Shown here one piece after another: positions 52,371 to 62,506 of a stretch of 64,000 nt of DNA; positions within the stretch are counted from its first letter, which is position 1, and each line of letters starts with the position of its first letter. The position numbers and the translations under genes were made by a program. The notes under the pieces were generated by a model that saw nothing but the letters and a program-made list of their open reading frames with translations, ran no database searches and was not told the DNA's origin. The stretch covers positions 3,699 to 67,698 of the forward strand of contig CAUOMQ010000001.1 of the NCBI GenBank assembly GCA_963456805.1. Reading direction: 5' to 3'. This DNA is from an uncultured Neisseria sp. (GTDB taxonomy: Bacteria > Pseudomonadota > Gammaproteobacteria > Burkholderiales > Neisseriaceae).

Positions 52371-53840
52371 ATGCCCAAACCCCACCTCAAACTCAAAACC
52401 AGTCAAGGCATCATGACCTTCAAGCCGCAGGATTTATCTGCCCATCTCGCCGTTTCCCGCCAGTTTTTCAGCGGTTTTAACGGCTGGCTGCCTAATCCCG
52501 ACCCCGTTTTGCGCAAAATGGGCAGGCAAATCTCCGTTTACCGCGAGCTGATGCGCGACCCCTTGGTCGGCTCGCTGGTACGTCGCCGAAAAGCCGCCGT
52601 CGCCCGCCTCGAATGGCGGATTGAGAGCGAAGATACGCCCCAAAACGTCCGGGATTTTATTGATAGCTGGCTGGCTGAAACCGATGTTTACCGCCTGATT
52701 AAAGACGTTTTAAACGCCGTTTTTTACGGCTACCAGCCCATCGAGCTGATTTGGCGTACCGATTCTGCATGGCTGCCTGACAAAATCATCGCCAAGCCGC
52801 AAGAGTGGTTCGCCTTCAACGACGACGGCGAGTTGCGTTACATCCAAAACGGGCTGACCGATACCGTTCCTCCGCCTTATAAGTTTCTTTGCCCGACACA
52901 TGAGGCAGATTATCTAAACCCATACGGCTTAGGCGATTTGGGCTTGGTTTTTTGGCTGGTCACCTTCAAACGCGGCGGCCTTAAATTTTGGATGCAGTTC
53001 ACCGAGAAATACGGTGCGCCTTGGCTGATTGGTAAAGAGCCGCGTTCCAATACCCCGCAGGATACCGACAAGCTGCTAGACGCGCTCGAAGCTCTAATCG
53101 GCAACAGCGTCGGCACCATCCCCAACGATTCCAGTGTCGAAATCCACGAGGCAAGCGGCAAGGCATCATCTATTGATGCCTACGACAAGCTCATCCGTTA
53201 TTGCCGCTCCGAAATCAGCATTGCTCTGCTCGGACAAGACCAAACCACCGAAAAAGACAGTACCCACGCCAGCGCGACCGCTGGTTTGGAGGTAACGGAC
53301 GACATCCGTGACGGCGATACCCGTATTGTTGAGACGGCATTAAATCAGTTGATAAAGTGGGTGGTGGAGATTAATTTCGGAGACGTATCTGCGCCGAAAT
53401 TCGTGCTGTTTGAAAACGAGGAGAGCGGCACAAAAGAGCGGGCCGAAAGAGATAAGATGATGGTGGATGCCGGTGCCAAGTTCACCAACCAATACTGGCA
53501 GCGCACATACGGCCTTGAGGACGGCGACTTGGCGGACGAAGTCCAACCAACCCAAGAGGGTAGATCTGCTGATTTTGCCGAGTTCGATTTGACGGATGCA
53601 GGTTTGGTCATCGACGGACTTGCACCCGATACAGGCATCCTGAATAAACAAGGCGAACGGCTGACTGCCGTTCTAGTGGCTGAATTAAGGCAGGGAGAAA
53701 CCGCCGAGAACCTGCTTGACCGTTTGTCCGCCGCCTATCCGAATATGGACGATACCGCCTTACAAAACGAGTTGGCACGCCTGATTTTCCTTTCCGACTT
53801 GGTCGGCAGGATTGAAGTGGTACAGGAGCTTAAATCATGA
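52371..53840 (+). CDS. Portal protein (Mu gp29, DUF935-type)
   Basis: 489 aa in the canonical position between the terminase and the F-like gene. Confidence 0.85.
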   Translation: MPKPHLKLKTSQGIMTFKPQDLSAHLAVSRQFFSGFNGWLPNPDPVLRKMGRQISVYRELMRDPLVGSLVRRRKAAVARLEWRIESEDTPQNVRDFIDSWLAETDVYRLIKDVLNAVFYGYQPIELIWRTDSAWLPDKIIAKPQEWFAFNDDGELRYIQNGLTDTVPPPYKFLCPTHEADYLNPYGLGDLGLVFWLVTFKRGGLKFWMQFTEKYGAPWLIGKEPRSNTPQDTDKLLDALEALIGNSVGTIPNDSSVEIHEASGKASSIDAYDKLIRYCRSEISIALLGQDQTTEKDSTHASATAGLEVTDDIRDGDTRIVETALNQLIKWVVEINFGDVSAPKFVLFENEESGTKERAERDKMMVDAGAKFTNQYWQRTYGLEDGDLADEVQPTQEGRSADFAEFDLTDAGLVIDGLAPDTGILNKQGERLTAVLVAELRQGETAENLLDRLSAAYPNMDDTALQNELARLIFLSDLVGRIEVVQELKS

Positions 53841-54739
53841 ACCCCCAAGATATTAAAGCCGTCTTCGGCATGACGCCGGAAGCCGCCGTCGCCTATCTAA
53901 AGCAAAAAGGCATTGCCGTATCTTGGGATTGGCAGGATATGTTGGACGACGCGCACGCCACTGCCTTTACGGTGGCCAAAACCGCCAAAATGGATGTACT
54001 CTCCGACATCTATTCCGCCGTCGTCGATGCCGCCGAACAAGGCCGGACGATGGAAGAGTTCAGCCGCGAACTCGCCCCCGTCTTACAACGCAAAGGCTGG
54101 TGGGGCAGGCAGGAAATTAAAAATCCCGAAGGCGAAACCCAAAGCGTACAGCTTGGCAGCCCCCACCGCCTGAAAACCATCTATCTGACCAATATGCAGT
54201 CAGCCTACATGGCAGGCCGCTACGCCGAAATGATGGACTCCATCGACACACACCCTTATTGGCAGTACGTCGCCATCAACGACAGCCGCACCCGCGATAC
54301 TCACCGTATGATGCACAACCGTGTCTATGCCGCCGACGACCCTGTTTGGGATACCTTATATCCGCCGCTTGATTTCCGCTGTCGGTGCCGCGTCAAACCC
54401 CTGTCGCGCAGTGCGGGAGAAGGGCGCGTCCAACCCCGTCCGACGCTTGAAACCATTACCGTCGATATAGGTTCAAATCCCTATACCGGCGAGGAGCGTT
54501 ACGCACAACGTACCGGCATCCGTATCAATAACAAATTTATCGCACCAAATGCAGGCTTCAATGCCAACCAAGGCAAATCCATGCTGTCCCGCATGGCGCA
54601 AATCGCCATAGACAAAGCGCAGGCAACCCATCCGGACATCGCCCGTATCGCCATCAAGACCATGATGGCTAACCGAAAATTCAAAAACGCCCTAACCCCC
54701 GAATCATTGGCATGGGTGCGTGAATTATTGAGGGGCTGA
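53837..54739 (+). CDS. Mu F-like head morphogenesis protein (gp30)
   Basis: ..INDSRTRDTHRMMHNRVY...DFRCRCRV.. is the Phage_Mu_F signature. Confidence 0.85.
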   Translation: MNPQDIKAVFGMTPEAAVAYLKQKGIAVSWDWQDMLDDAHATAFTVAKTAKMDVLSDIYSAVVDAAEQGRTMEEFSRELAPVLQRKGWWGRQEIKNPEGETQSVQLGSPHRLKTIYLTNMQSAYMAGRYAEMMDSIDTHPYWQYVAINDSRTRDTHRMMHNRVYAADDPVWDTLYPPLDFRCRCRVKPLSRSAGEGRVQPRPTLETITVDIGSNPYTGEERYAQRTGIRINNKFIAPNAGFNANQGKSMLSRMAQIAIDKAQATHPDIARIAIKTMMANRKFKNALTPESLAWVRELLRG

Positions 54740-54741
54740 CC

Positions 54742-55185
54742 ATGCTTGAGATTAAATTAGATGCAGAGAGGCTCGACCACGGTTTAAGTACACTGCTCAA
54801 AAACGCCACCGATACCCGCACCATGATGCGGGGCATCGCCACCGAGCTGCTGTCCATGACCGAAGAAAACTTCGAATCCGAAGGTTGGGGCGGACAGCGG
54901 TGGAAACAAAGCCGTCGCGCCGCAGATGAAGGAGGCAAAACCCTGCAAAAAAGCGGGCAACTCGCCGCCAGCCTAACCACACAGGTTGGCAGCAACTATG
55001 CCCGCATCGGCAGCAACAAAAAATACGCCGCCATCCACCACCTCGGCGGCCAAGCGGGGCGCGGCCACAAAACCAACCTCCCCGCGCGCCCCTATCTCCC
55101 TATCAACGGCAACAACCAACCCCAACCAGACGCCAAACGCCGAATCCTAGACATCGCCATCGCCGCCCTCAAAAAAGGACTCTGA
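54742..55185 (+). CDS. Virion morphogenesis protein (Mu G-like)
   Basis: 147 aa with ..GSNKKYAAIHHLGGQAGRG....PARPYL.. . Confidence 0.75.
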   Translation: MLEIKLDAERLDHGLSTLLKNATDTRTMMRGIATELLSMTEENFESEGWGGQRWKQSRRAADEGGKTLQKSGQLAASLTTQVGSNYARIGSNKKYAAIHHLGGQAGRGHKTNLPARPYLPINGNNQPQPDAKRRILDIAIAALKKGL

Positions 55186-55195
55186 CAACAAAAAA

Positions 55196-55222
55196 CGGAC
55201 GAGAAAAAACCGTCCGTTTTTT
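55196..55222 (+). terminator. Terminator after the G-like gene
   Basis: CGGACG-AGAAAAAAC-CGTCCG-TTTTTT. Its T-run is the first part of the 38-nt border sequence. Confidence 0.7.
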
Positions 55223-55253
55223 GTTTCACTATTTGCAACTCTTTTTCACTTTT
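55216..55253. repeat. 38-nt border sequence, copy B (GTTTTTTGTTTCACTATTTGCAACTCTTTTTCACTTTT)
   Basis: Same orientation as copy A at 14387-14424, with one mismatch (C at 55236 versus T at 14407). Confidence 0.9.
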
Positions 55254-55400
55254 TCCATCCCGCCTAATCCCCCATCATCCCACTTCTTCCCATTTATCTC
55301 ATCATTCCTATATATTTATCTCATTGGGTTTCAACTTGATGAGTGTCGGAGGATTAAAATGGAAAATGCCCGCTTACTGACATTCATTACATTCGTGATG

Positions 55401-55447
55401 AAAAAGGTCGTCTGAAACCCGTGTAATTAGGTTTCAGACGACCTTTT
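55401..55447 (-). terminator. DUS-pair terminator after aspS
   Basis: Sense strand: AAAAGGTCGTCTGAAACC...GGGTTTCAGACGACCTTTTT. Confidence 0.7.
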
Positions 55448-55480
55448 GACTGTCAGGTGTTGCCCACCTGCTTTTAAAAA

Positions 55481-57289
55481 TTACGCTTCTTTATTTTCGG
55501 TCGCTTTTTGACGTAGGCGCAAGCTCAATTCGCGCAGTTGTTTGTCGTCCACCGCATTCGGCGCGTTGGTCAGCAGACATTGGGCGCGTTGGGTTTTCGG
55601 GAAGGCAATCACGTCGCGGATGGACTCAGCGCCGGTCATCAGTGTTACCAGACGGTCGAGACCGAATGCCAAACCGCCGTGAGGAGGCGCGCCGAATTTC
55701 AGGTTGTCCAAGAGGAAGCCGAATTTTTCCTGTTGCTCTTCGGGGCTGATTTTCAGTGCGGCAAACACTTTTTCCTGTACGTCGGCACGGTGGATACGGA
55801 TAGAACCGCCGCCGATTTCCCAGCCGTTCAACACCATGTCGTAGGCGCGTGCCAGGCAGTTTGCCGGGTCGGAAACCATCAGGTCTTCGTGACCTTCTTT
55901 AGGCGCGGTAAACGGATGGTGTACGGCAACGTAGCGGTCGGCTTCTTCGTCGTATTCGAACATCGGGAAATCGACGACCCACAAAGGTTTCCATTCGTCC
56001 ACGAAGTAGCCGTTTTCCGCGCCATGTTCCAAACCGACTTTGATACGCAGCGCGCCGATGGCTTCGTTCACGACTTTGGCTTTGTCTGCGCCGAAGAAGA
56101 TGATGTCGCCGTTTTGTGCTCCGGTACGGGCAATGATTTCTTTCAGGGCGTTTTCAGACAGGAATTTCACGATTGGAGATTGCAGGCCGCTGTCTTCGCC
56201 GTTGGAGAGGTTGCTGACGTCGTTCACTTTGATGTACGCCAAACCTTTTGCGCCGTAGATGCCGACAAATTTGGTGTATTCGTCGATTTCTTTGCGGCTG
56301 AATTTTGCACCGTTCGGTACGCGCAGGGCAACCACGCGGCCGCCCTTCATGTCGGCTGCGCCACGGAAGACTTTGAACTCTTCCGTTTTCATCAGGTCGG
56401 TCAGCTCGGTAAATTTCAGGCTGATGCGCATATCGGGTTTGTCGGAGCCGTAGTAGAACATGGCTTCAGAGTAAGGCATACGTGGGAAGTCGCCCAAGTC
56501 CACGCCCAATGCGTCTTGGAAGACTTGTTTTGCCATACCTTCGGTGATGTCCATGATTTCATCCTCGTTCAAGAACGAGGTTTCCAAGTCGATTTGGGTG
56601 AATTCGGGCTGGCGGTCGGCACGCAGGTCTTCGTCGCGGAAGCACTTGGTGATTTGGTAGTAACGGTCGAAACCCGCCACCATCAACAGTTGTTTGAACA
56701 ATTGCGGCGATTGTGGCAGCGCGAAGAACTCGCCCGGATGAACGCGGCTCGGCACGAGGTAGTCGCGTGCACCTTCAGGCGTGGAGCGGGTCAGCATCGG
56801 GGTTTCGATGTCGATGAAGCCTTGCGCGTCGAGATAACGGCGAACGCCCATAGCGACTTGATAACGCAGGCGCAGGTTGCGCTGCATCACCGGACGGCGC
56901 AGGTCGATAACGCGGTTGGTCAGGCGCACGTTTTCGCTGATGTTTTCGTCGTCAATTTGGAACGGCGGCGTAGCGGCGGCGTTCAAGACTTCGATTTCTT
57001 TGGCAAGGATTTCGATTTTGCCGGAAATCATTTTGTCGTTGGTTGTACCTTCGGGACGGTTGCGCACGCGGCCGGTAATGCTCAAAACGTATTCGTTGCG
57101 GGCGGAATCGGCAGTGGCAAACGCTTCGGGCGTGTCGGGGTCAATCACGACTTGGACGATGCCTTCGCGGTCGCGCAGGTCGATAAAAATCACACCGCCG
57201 TGGTCGCGCCGGCGGTGCACCCAGCCTTTGACGGTTACGGTTTGGTCTAAGTATTGCTCGCTGATCAGGCCGCAATAGTTGGTACGCAT
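55481..57289 (-). CDS. aspS: Aspartate--tRNA ligase
   Basis: 602 aa with class II aaRS motifs (..[16 protein letters not shown].., ..GGGSIRIH.., ..GLDRL..). Confidence 0.95.
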   Translation of the reverse strand: MRTNYCGLISEQYLDQTVTVKGWVHRRRDHGGVIFIDLRDREGIVQVVIDPDTPEAFATADSARNEYVLSITGRVRNRPEGTTNDKMISGKIEILAKEIEVLNAAATPPFQIDDENISENVRLTNRVIDLRRPVMQRNLRLRYQVAMGVRRYLDAQGFIDIETPMLTRSTPEGARDYLVPSRVHPGEFFALPQSPQLFKQLLMVAGFDRYYQITKCFRDEDLRADRQPEFTQIDLETSFLNEDEIMDITEGMAKQVFQDALGVDLGDFPRMPYSEAMFYYGSDKPDMRISLKFTELTDLMKTEEFKVFRGAADMKGGRVVALRVPNGAKFSRKEIDEYTKFVGIYGAKGLAYIKVNDVSNLSNGEDSGLQSPIVKFLSENALKEIIARTGAQNGDIIFFGADKAKVVNEAIGALRIKVGLEHGAENGYFVDEWKPLWVVDFPMFEYDEEADRYVAVHHPFTAPKEGHEDLMVSDPANCLARAYDMVLNGWEIGGGSIRIHRADVQEKVFAALKISPEEQQEKFGFLLDNLKFGAPPHGGLAFGLDRLVTLMTGAESIRDVIAFPKTQRAQCLLTNAPNAVDDKQLRELSLRLRQKATENKEA

Positions 57290-57352
57290 AGAATCACCTT
57301 TTTATATTGTTCAATTTGAAAAGAAGGAAAAGGTCGTCTGAAAAAAGACACC

Positions 57353-57811
57353 TTAATTGTTTTGTTCTTTACGCCATTCTGCCTTCAGAAAATTTAATTC
57401 TGCTTCCGTGGGCTTACCGTAAATGTAGATTTGATCCGGATTGTCTGCAGAAAAGGAGTCATCATTTTTATAAACAACATGATAAGCAGCGATATGTTGC
57501 TTGTCAGTCAGAATATACATGTTGTTGCCTCCGCAGTTATGCGGTTGGCACATGGTGGTGTAGTAGTAGGTCTTGCCGCCGATTTTCACACTTTCCAGCG
57601 GCGGCATCGGACCTGCCATTTTACGCACCCAATTGTGCATGGGGGCTTTGGGTGCATGTTTGCCAACTTGTTCGTGCCAAAGCTTTTTGAAAGCGGGTTG
57701 TTTGTGCCAATCAAATAGAAATACCTCTTCGCCTTTACTGTTGGTTACAGGTGCGGAGACGGCTAGATTGGGCAGAAACAAGGCAAGCAGTAAAGCAGAT
57801 AAATATTTCAT
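57353..57811 (-). CDS. Ivy-family periplasmic inhibitor of vertebrate (C-type) lysozyme
   Basis: 152 aa with a signal peptide. The loop ..TTMCQPHNCGGN.. matches the Ivy CKPHDCG motif in context, and ..QPAFKKLW.. resembles the Ivy N-terminus as I recall it. Confidence 0.65.
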   Translation of the reverse strand: MKYLSALLLALFLPNLAVSAPVTNSKGEEVFLFDWHKQPAFKKLWHEQVGKHAPKAPMHNWVRKMAGPMPPLESVKIGGKTYYYTTMCQPHNCGGNNMYILTDKQHIAAYHVVYKNDDSFSADNPDQIYIYGKPTEAELNFLKAEWRKEQNN

Positions 57812-57994
57812 GTTTATATTTTGAGGTTGAATAAACTTTCAGGCTGTTGGTTTATGCGTTCAGCTCGTCTGAAAATTTCAGTCATCACGATTTTCCCAAC
57901 GCCAAAGTACAACAGCTAAAAACAATAATGACAATGTAAATAGCCATGAATCAAGGCCAAAACGACCATGTGTCAAGTGTTTACCATCTCTAGT

Positions 57995-58675
57995 TTATTT
58001 TTCTAAACATCGTATTTCGGCTTGGGCTTTGAGCGGCAAGTCATCCGGCATCACCATGCCCAACGAAATCACATATTTCAATGCTTCGTCCACGCTCATA
58101 TCGAGTTCGCGCACGTCGCTTTTTTTCACCATGATGTAATAGCCACCGGTCGGGTTGGGCGTGGTCGGCACATAGACGGAAAGATAGTCGTCATCGTGCG
58201 GCAGGCTGCCTTTGAGTTTGTCGGGAATATGCCCTGATACAAAGGCAATCGTCCAAATATCGGGTTGCGGGAACGGAACCAGCACGGGCGTTCTGAACGA
58301 GCGGCTGCTGTCGGAAAGCAGGGACTCAGATACTTTTTTGACGCTGGAATAAATGGATTTGACGACGGGGATCCGTCCCAATAGGCTGTCCCATGCGGCG
58401 AGGATTTGACGCCCCAAAACGTTGGCGGCGAACACGCCGGTCAGAAACAAGACGACGATGGCGGCAATAATGCCCAGGCCGGGAATATTGAATCCCCAGA
58501 AATATTGTGGCTGCCATTGCTCGGGCAGCAGGCTGATCAGCCGGTCGGCGGCTGATATGATATAGCTGACCGCCCAAATGGTTACGGCTATCGGCAGCCA
58601 CACCAGCATGCCTGTAATCAGATATTTTTTTAATGCCTTGGCAACTTTTCCGCCTTCGGCCGTTTGTTCCGTCAT
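57995..58675 (-). CDS. DUF502-family membrane protein
   Basis: 226 aa with two N-terminal TM segments and ..LGRIPVVKSIYSSVK.. typical of DUF502. Confidence 0.7.
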   Translation of the reverse strand: MTEQTAEGGKVAKALKKYLITGMLVWLPIAVTIWAVSYIISAADRLISLLPEQWQPQYFWGFNIPGLGIIAAIVVLFLTGVFAANVLGRQILAAWDSLLGRIPVVKSIYSSVKKVSESLLSDSSRSFRTPVLVPFPQPDIWTIAFVSGHIPDKLKGSLPHDDDYLSVYVPTTPNPTGGYYIMVKKSDVRELDMSVDEALKYVISLGMVMPDDLPLKAQAEIRCLEK

Positions 58676-58833
58676 CTTCTGTGTTATTCCGACAAATATC
58701 GCCCAAACCTTGCATTATACGCGTTTGGGCGATAGGAAACGAGTGTTTTTAATATGGGAAGGGTGTTTGTTTTGCTTTCAGACGACCTGTGTACAACATG
58801 ATGCCAAAGGTCGTCTGAAAACGGGGTTGGGCG

Positions 58834-60054
58834 TCAAATTCCGTCCCAGTCGTTGAACATCAGTCCGATACCGATGCCGTTTTGTTTGTGGTTGTAATCA
58901 ATCAGGCTTTCGCCGTAGCCGTGAAAGCCGCGCACGACGCCTTTGAGTTTGCCTTTAATCGGGAAAGTATAGGCGGCTTCAACCGCGCCGTGTCCGGTTT
59001 TGGGATTGTAGCGCAGCAGGGACGAAATATTTTGTTTGTCGTTCAGGCGGTATTGCAGCTTCAAATCGCCATAACCCATGTAGTCGGTAATGTCGGGATT
59101 GTCGTTGTTTTCACCGGTCTGATCAAAGGCGCGCATCCACACGCGCGGGATGACGGTCAGTTTGCCCCATTCCATCCCCGCCAATGCGTAAACGCGGTTC
59201 CATGAGCGGGATTCGGGTCGGCTTTGTCCGTTGGATTGGTGGACGAAGCCTGCGCCGACCATCCGCAGTTTGCCGCCGAACGGCAAATCTGCCTTCACGG
59301 GCTGGGTCAGGAAGATTTCGGGTTCGTAATCGGTATTGCGGAACGGTGCGGATTTTCTGCCTTGGTTGTAAATCTGCCAATCGGATTTTTGGGTGTAGCC
59401 GAACCACAAATCTGCGCGGGTTTTAAACAAATCTTCGGCGATTTTGCTTTTGAACGAAACTTGCAGTTTGGTTTCTATGTGTTTCTGTTCGCTGAATTTT
59501 TCCTGATTGGTCGTGCCGCGTGAAGGGGAATGGGGATGGAGGTTGGGCGAGCTGTTGTACCATGCGGGCATCAGGTACATGGGATTGTGCTCGCGCACGC
59601 TCAACAAGCCGCGCGAGTCGTTTTTGTCCAAATCGTACATCAGGCTCAGTGGCGTGTAGGCATCGGCTGTGGTGCGGAGATTGTCTTCCGAAAGGGTGGA
59701 TTGTTCTTTATTTTCGTCAAACACAATCGTCGCCGCTTTTTTCTCGCGGCTGGTGCTGATGGTTTTGGGCAAATCGACCGGCGCTTTGGCGGTTTCTTCG
59801 CGAATGACGGGCAGCGGTGCTTGCGGCGGCAGTTGAGCTGAGTAAATGCTGTCGTAACACGCCAAACGGGTGGCATTGTCTTGAATGGAAGTACATTGCA
59901 AAGCCGTGTCGGCATAGGCGACAGGAGCGGCAGTTCCGCCGACAAGGATAAGCATCAAGGCGCGCCGGCATTTGGATAATGACGGTTTTTTGTTCTTTAG
60001 GGCATCGCTTTGCGCCAAATTGTGTTTCAACATCTTGTTCATCATTTCATTCAT
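58834..60054 (-). CDS. pldA: Outer-membrane phospholipase A
   Basis: ..NPMYLMPAWY.. and the catalytic ..HQSNGQ.. motifs. The true start may be internal, because the signal peptide is ..LILVGGTAAPVAYA. Confidence 0.8.
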   Translation of the reverse strand: MNEMMNKMLKHNLAQSDALKNKKPSLSKCRRALMLILVGGTAAPVAYADTALQCTSIQDNATRLACYDSIYSAQLPPQAPLPVIREETAKAPVDLPKTISTSREKKAATIVFDENKEQSTLSEDNLRTTADAYTPLSLMYDLDKNDSRGLLSVREHNPMYLMPAWYNSSPNLHPHSPSRGTTNQEKFSEQKHIETKLQVSFKSKIAEDLFKTRADLWFGYTQKSDWQIYNQGRKSAPFRNTDYEPEIFLTQPVKADLPFGGKLRMVGAGFVHQSNGQSRPESRSWNRVYALAGMEWGKLTVIPRVWMRAFDQTGENNDNPDITDYMGYGDLKLQYRLNDKQNISSLLRYNPKTGHGAVEAAYTFPIKGKLKGVVRGFHGYGESLIDYNHKQNGIGIGLMFNDWDGI

Positions 60055-60295
60055 GGGATTGCCGATTGGATGTTTTCAGACGACCTTTTGCCTGAAAATC
60101 GGGGTTAATCGTTTGAAAAACAGATTAAACCGCATTTTACCGCCTTGCGCCGGATGTTACGGCAGGTCGTCTGAAAAGTTTACATCAACTTGCACCACAT
60201 ACGGCAATGCCCCTGAAAGGTTAAGACCTCAGGGGCATCGTTATCTGCTTGCCTGTCCCGACGCGGTAACACGCCAAGGCGATGGGCGAAAAAGA

Positions 60296-60559
60296 TTAAG
60301 CCAATGCTTTTACTTTGGCAGACAGACGGCTCTTATGGCGGGCTGCTTTGTTTTTGTGGAATACGCCTTTGTCAGCGATACGGTCGATGACTTTGACGGA
60401 CTCTTGGTAAACTGCTTGAGCAGCAGCTTTGTCGCCGGCTTCAACTGCTTTCAACACTTTTTTCACTGCGGTACGGAATGCAGTACGCAGGCTGGCGTTG
60501 TGGGCGCGTTGTTTAACCGATTGGCGGGCACGTTTGCGGGCTTGTGCGCTGTTTGCCAT
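60296..60559 (-). CDS. rpsT: 30S ribosomal protein S20
   Basis: Start placed at ATG 60559 ([21 protein letters not shown]..); 87 aa. Confidence 0.92.
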
Positions 60560-60862
60560 ATTGAATATCTCCTGAAAAAATAAATTCTGTAAACGCGCAA
60601 TTTTAAAGACAGATTCCTCTATATGCAAGTATTTTCTCTGTTTGCGCGCGCAAATCGCCCGTATTTTGCCCAAAAACGACATCTTGTGCAACGCCGTTTT
60701 CCCGAGTCTGAGAAATCGTGCCTTATTTCAATAAAAATCAGTCAGATATTGCTTTGAGTTCTTACCTACTTCCATTACAATAGCCCCGCTTTGCGCCGGG
60801 GTATTGATGGGGTGCAGAGTGTTCATTTTCTGTTAACAATCTTTCATCAGGAATCTGCCCGT

Positions 60863-62005
60863 ATGAAAAAATCCGTATTAGCCGTATTGGCGGCATTATC
60901 GCTGGCCGCTTGCGGCGGTGGCGAGAAAAAAACCGAGCAACCTCAAGCAGGCAGCGCGCCTGCTGCCAATGCCGAAGCAGCCGCCACCGATACTTTGAAT
61001 ATCTACAACTGGTCGAACTACGTTGACGAGAGCACCGTTGAAGACTTCAAAAAAGCCAATAAGCTGAAGCTGACCTACGACCTTTACGAAAACAACGAAA
61101 CCCTCGAAGCCAAAATGCTGACCGGCAAATCCGGCTATGACTTGGTCGTTCCCGGCATCGCCTTCCTGCCCCGTCAAATCGAGGCGGGTGCTTATCAAAA
61201 AATCAATAAAGACCTGATTCCCAATTACAAAAACATCGATCCCGAATTGTTGAAAATGCTGGAAACTGCCGACCCGGGCAACCAGTATGCCGTGCCTTAT
61301 TTCTCCGGTGTCAACACTTTGGCGATTACGGCGAAGGGTAAGGAGCTTTTGGGCGGCAAGCTGCCTGAAAACGGTTGGGATTTGCTGTTCAAGCCCGAAT
61401 ACACCAATAAGCTGAAATCATGCGGCATCGCCTTGTGGGATACGCCGAGCGAAATGTTCCCGATTTTGTTGAACTACTTGGGCAAAGATCCTAAAGGTAC
61501 AAATCCTGATGATTTGAAAGCAGCGGCGGAAGTGCTGAAAACCATCCGTCCTGATGTAAAACGTTTCAGCCCTTCTATTATTGACGAGCTGGCGCGCGGC
61601 GACATCTGTCTTGCTGCGGGTAACGGCGGCGACTTGAACTTGGCGAAAGCCCGTTCCGAAGAAGTGAAAAACAACGTCGGTATTGAAGTCTTGACGCCGA
61701 AAGGCATGGGCTTCTGGATTGAATCTTGGCTGATTCCCGCCGATGCGAAAAACATCGCCAATGCCCACAAATACATCAACTACACGCTTGATCCCGAAGT
61801 TGCGGCGAAAAACGGTATTGCCGTTACCTTCGCGCCTGCAAGCAAACCGGCGCGCGAGAAAATGCCTGCCGAATTGGTTAACACCCGCTCCATCTTCCCG
61901 AATGCTCAGGATATGAAAGACGGTTTTGTGATGCCGCAAATGAGTTCGGATGCGAAGAAACTGTCGGTTAATCTGTGGCAGAAGATTAAAGTCGGTTCGA
62001 ACTAA
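60863..62005 (+). CDS. Polyamine (spermidine/putrescine) ABC transporter substrate-binding lipoprotein, PotD/PotF-like
   Basis: Start placed at ATG 60863 (MKKSVLAVLAALSLAAC|GG, lipobox). ..LNIYNWSNY.. and ..YDLVVP.. are typical of the PotD/F family. Confidence 0.8.
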   Translation: MKKSVLAVLAALSLAACGGGEKKTEQPQAGSAPAANAEAAATDTLNIYNWSNYVDESTVEDFKKANKLKLTYDLYENNETLEAKMLTGKSGYDLVVPGIAFLPRQIEAGAYQKINKDLIPNYKNIDPELLKMLETADPGNQYAVPYFSGVNTLAITAKGKELLGGKLPENGWDLLFKPEYTNKLKSCGIALWDTPSEMFPILLNYLGKDPKGTNPDDLKAAAEVLKTIRPDVKRFSPSIIDELARGDICLAAGNGGDLNLAKARSEEVKNNVGIEVLTPKGMGFWIESWLIPADAKNIANAHKYINYTLDPEVAAKNGIAVTFAPASKPAREKMPAELVNTRSIFPNAQDMKDGFVMPQMSSDAKKLSVNLWQKIKVGSN

Positions 62006-62025
62006 TGGTTTGATGTTTTGAAGTG

Positions 62026-62070
62026 AAAGGTCGTCTGAAAACCTTGAATTGGGGTTTTCAGACGACCTTT
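62026..62070 (+). terminator. DUS-pair terminator
   Basis: AAAGGTCGTCTGAAAACC...GGTTTTCAGACGACCTTT. Confidence 0.7.
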
Positions 62071-62100
62071 GCTTATGTTGGTTTCGTGGTGGGGCGGTTG

Positions 62101-62257
62101 TATAGTGGATTAACTTTAAACCGGTACGGCGTTGCCTCGCCTTAGCTCAAAGAGAATGATTCTCTAAGGTGCTGAAGCACCAAGTGAATCGGTTCCGTAC
62201 TGTCTGTACTGTCTGCGGCTTCGTCGCCTTGTCCTGATTTAAAGTTAATCCACTATA
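62101..62257. mobile_element. Correia repeat-enclosed element (Neisseria MITE)
   Basis: TATAGTGGATTAAC...GTTAATCCACTATA terminal inverted repeats about 157 bp apart, with TA flanks. Confidence 0.85.
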
Positions 62258-62418
62258 TATGGATTTGGCTTTAATGTGATGTTCTTTTGTTTTATTTTGC
62301 GGCGGTATTGGCTGTGATTTGGTTGTCTTGTGTTGATTTTAAAGTGGGTTCACTCTGTTTGTAATGAATTGAGTGACAAAGAAAAAAGCACAGTTTAATC
62401 AAACTGTGCTTTCAGAAT

Positions 62419-62493
62419 TTGGCACGCCCACGGGGAATCGAACCCCGGTTACCGCCGTGAAAGGGCGATGTCCTAACCGCTAGACGATGGGCG
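62419..62493 (-). tRNA. tRNA-Glu (anticodon UUC)
   Basis: The reverse complement is GCGCCCATCGTCTAGCGGTTAGGACATCGCCCTTTCACGGCGGTAACCGGGGTTCGATTCCCCGTGGGCGTGCCA. It folds as a cloverleaf, with TTC in the anticodon loop and an encoded CCA. Confidence 0.85.
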
Positions 62494-62506
62494 CAGAAAT
62501 TTTCTA

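Larger units (their letters stand above)
14387..55253. mobile_element. Mu-like transposable prophage (~40.9 kb; borders approximate)
   Basis: It has a divergent c/ner pair, DDE transposase A with AAA+ B, GemA, Mor, and Mu gp27/gp28/gp29/F/G/I/T-like head genes. It also has a contractile tail and baseplate, and com plus a methylase at one extremity. No tyrosine or serine integrase is present. The host slam locus and aspS flank it. Confidence 0.88.

Noticed and set aside
14387-55253. Reading the 38-nt direct repeats as attL/attR of an integrase-type prophage
   Set aside because: There is no tyrosine or serine recombinase or excisionase gene anywhere in the element, and the replication and integration genes are Mu A/B-type. 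I keep it only as an unexplained observation.
55221-55415. 64-aa ORF just outside the G-side prophage border
   Set aside because: It starts with TTG inside the 38-nt border sequence, and its product (FFTFSIPPNPPSSHFFPFISSFLYIYL..) looks like translated AT/pyrimidine-rich spacer. There is no SD.
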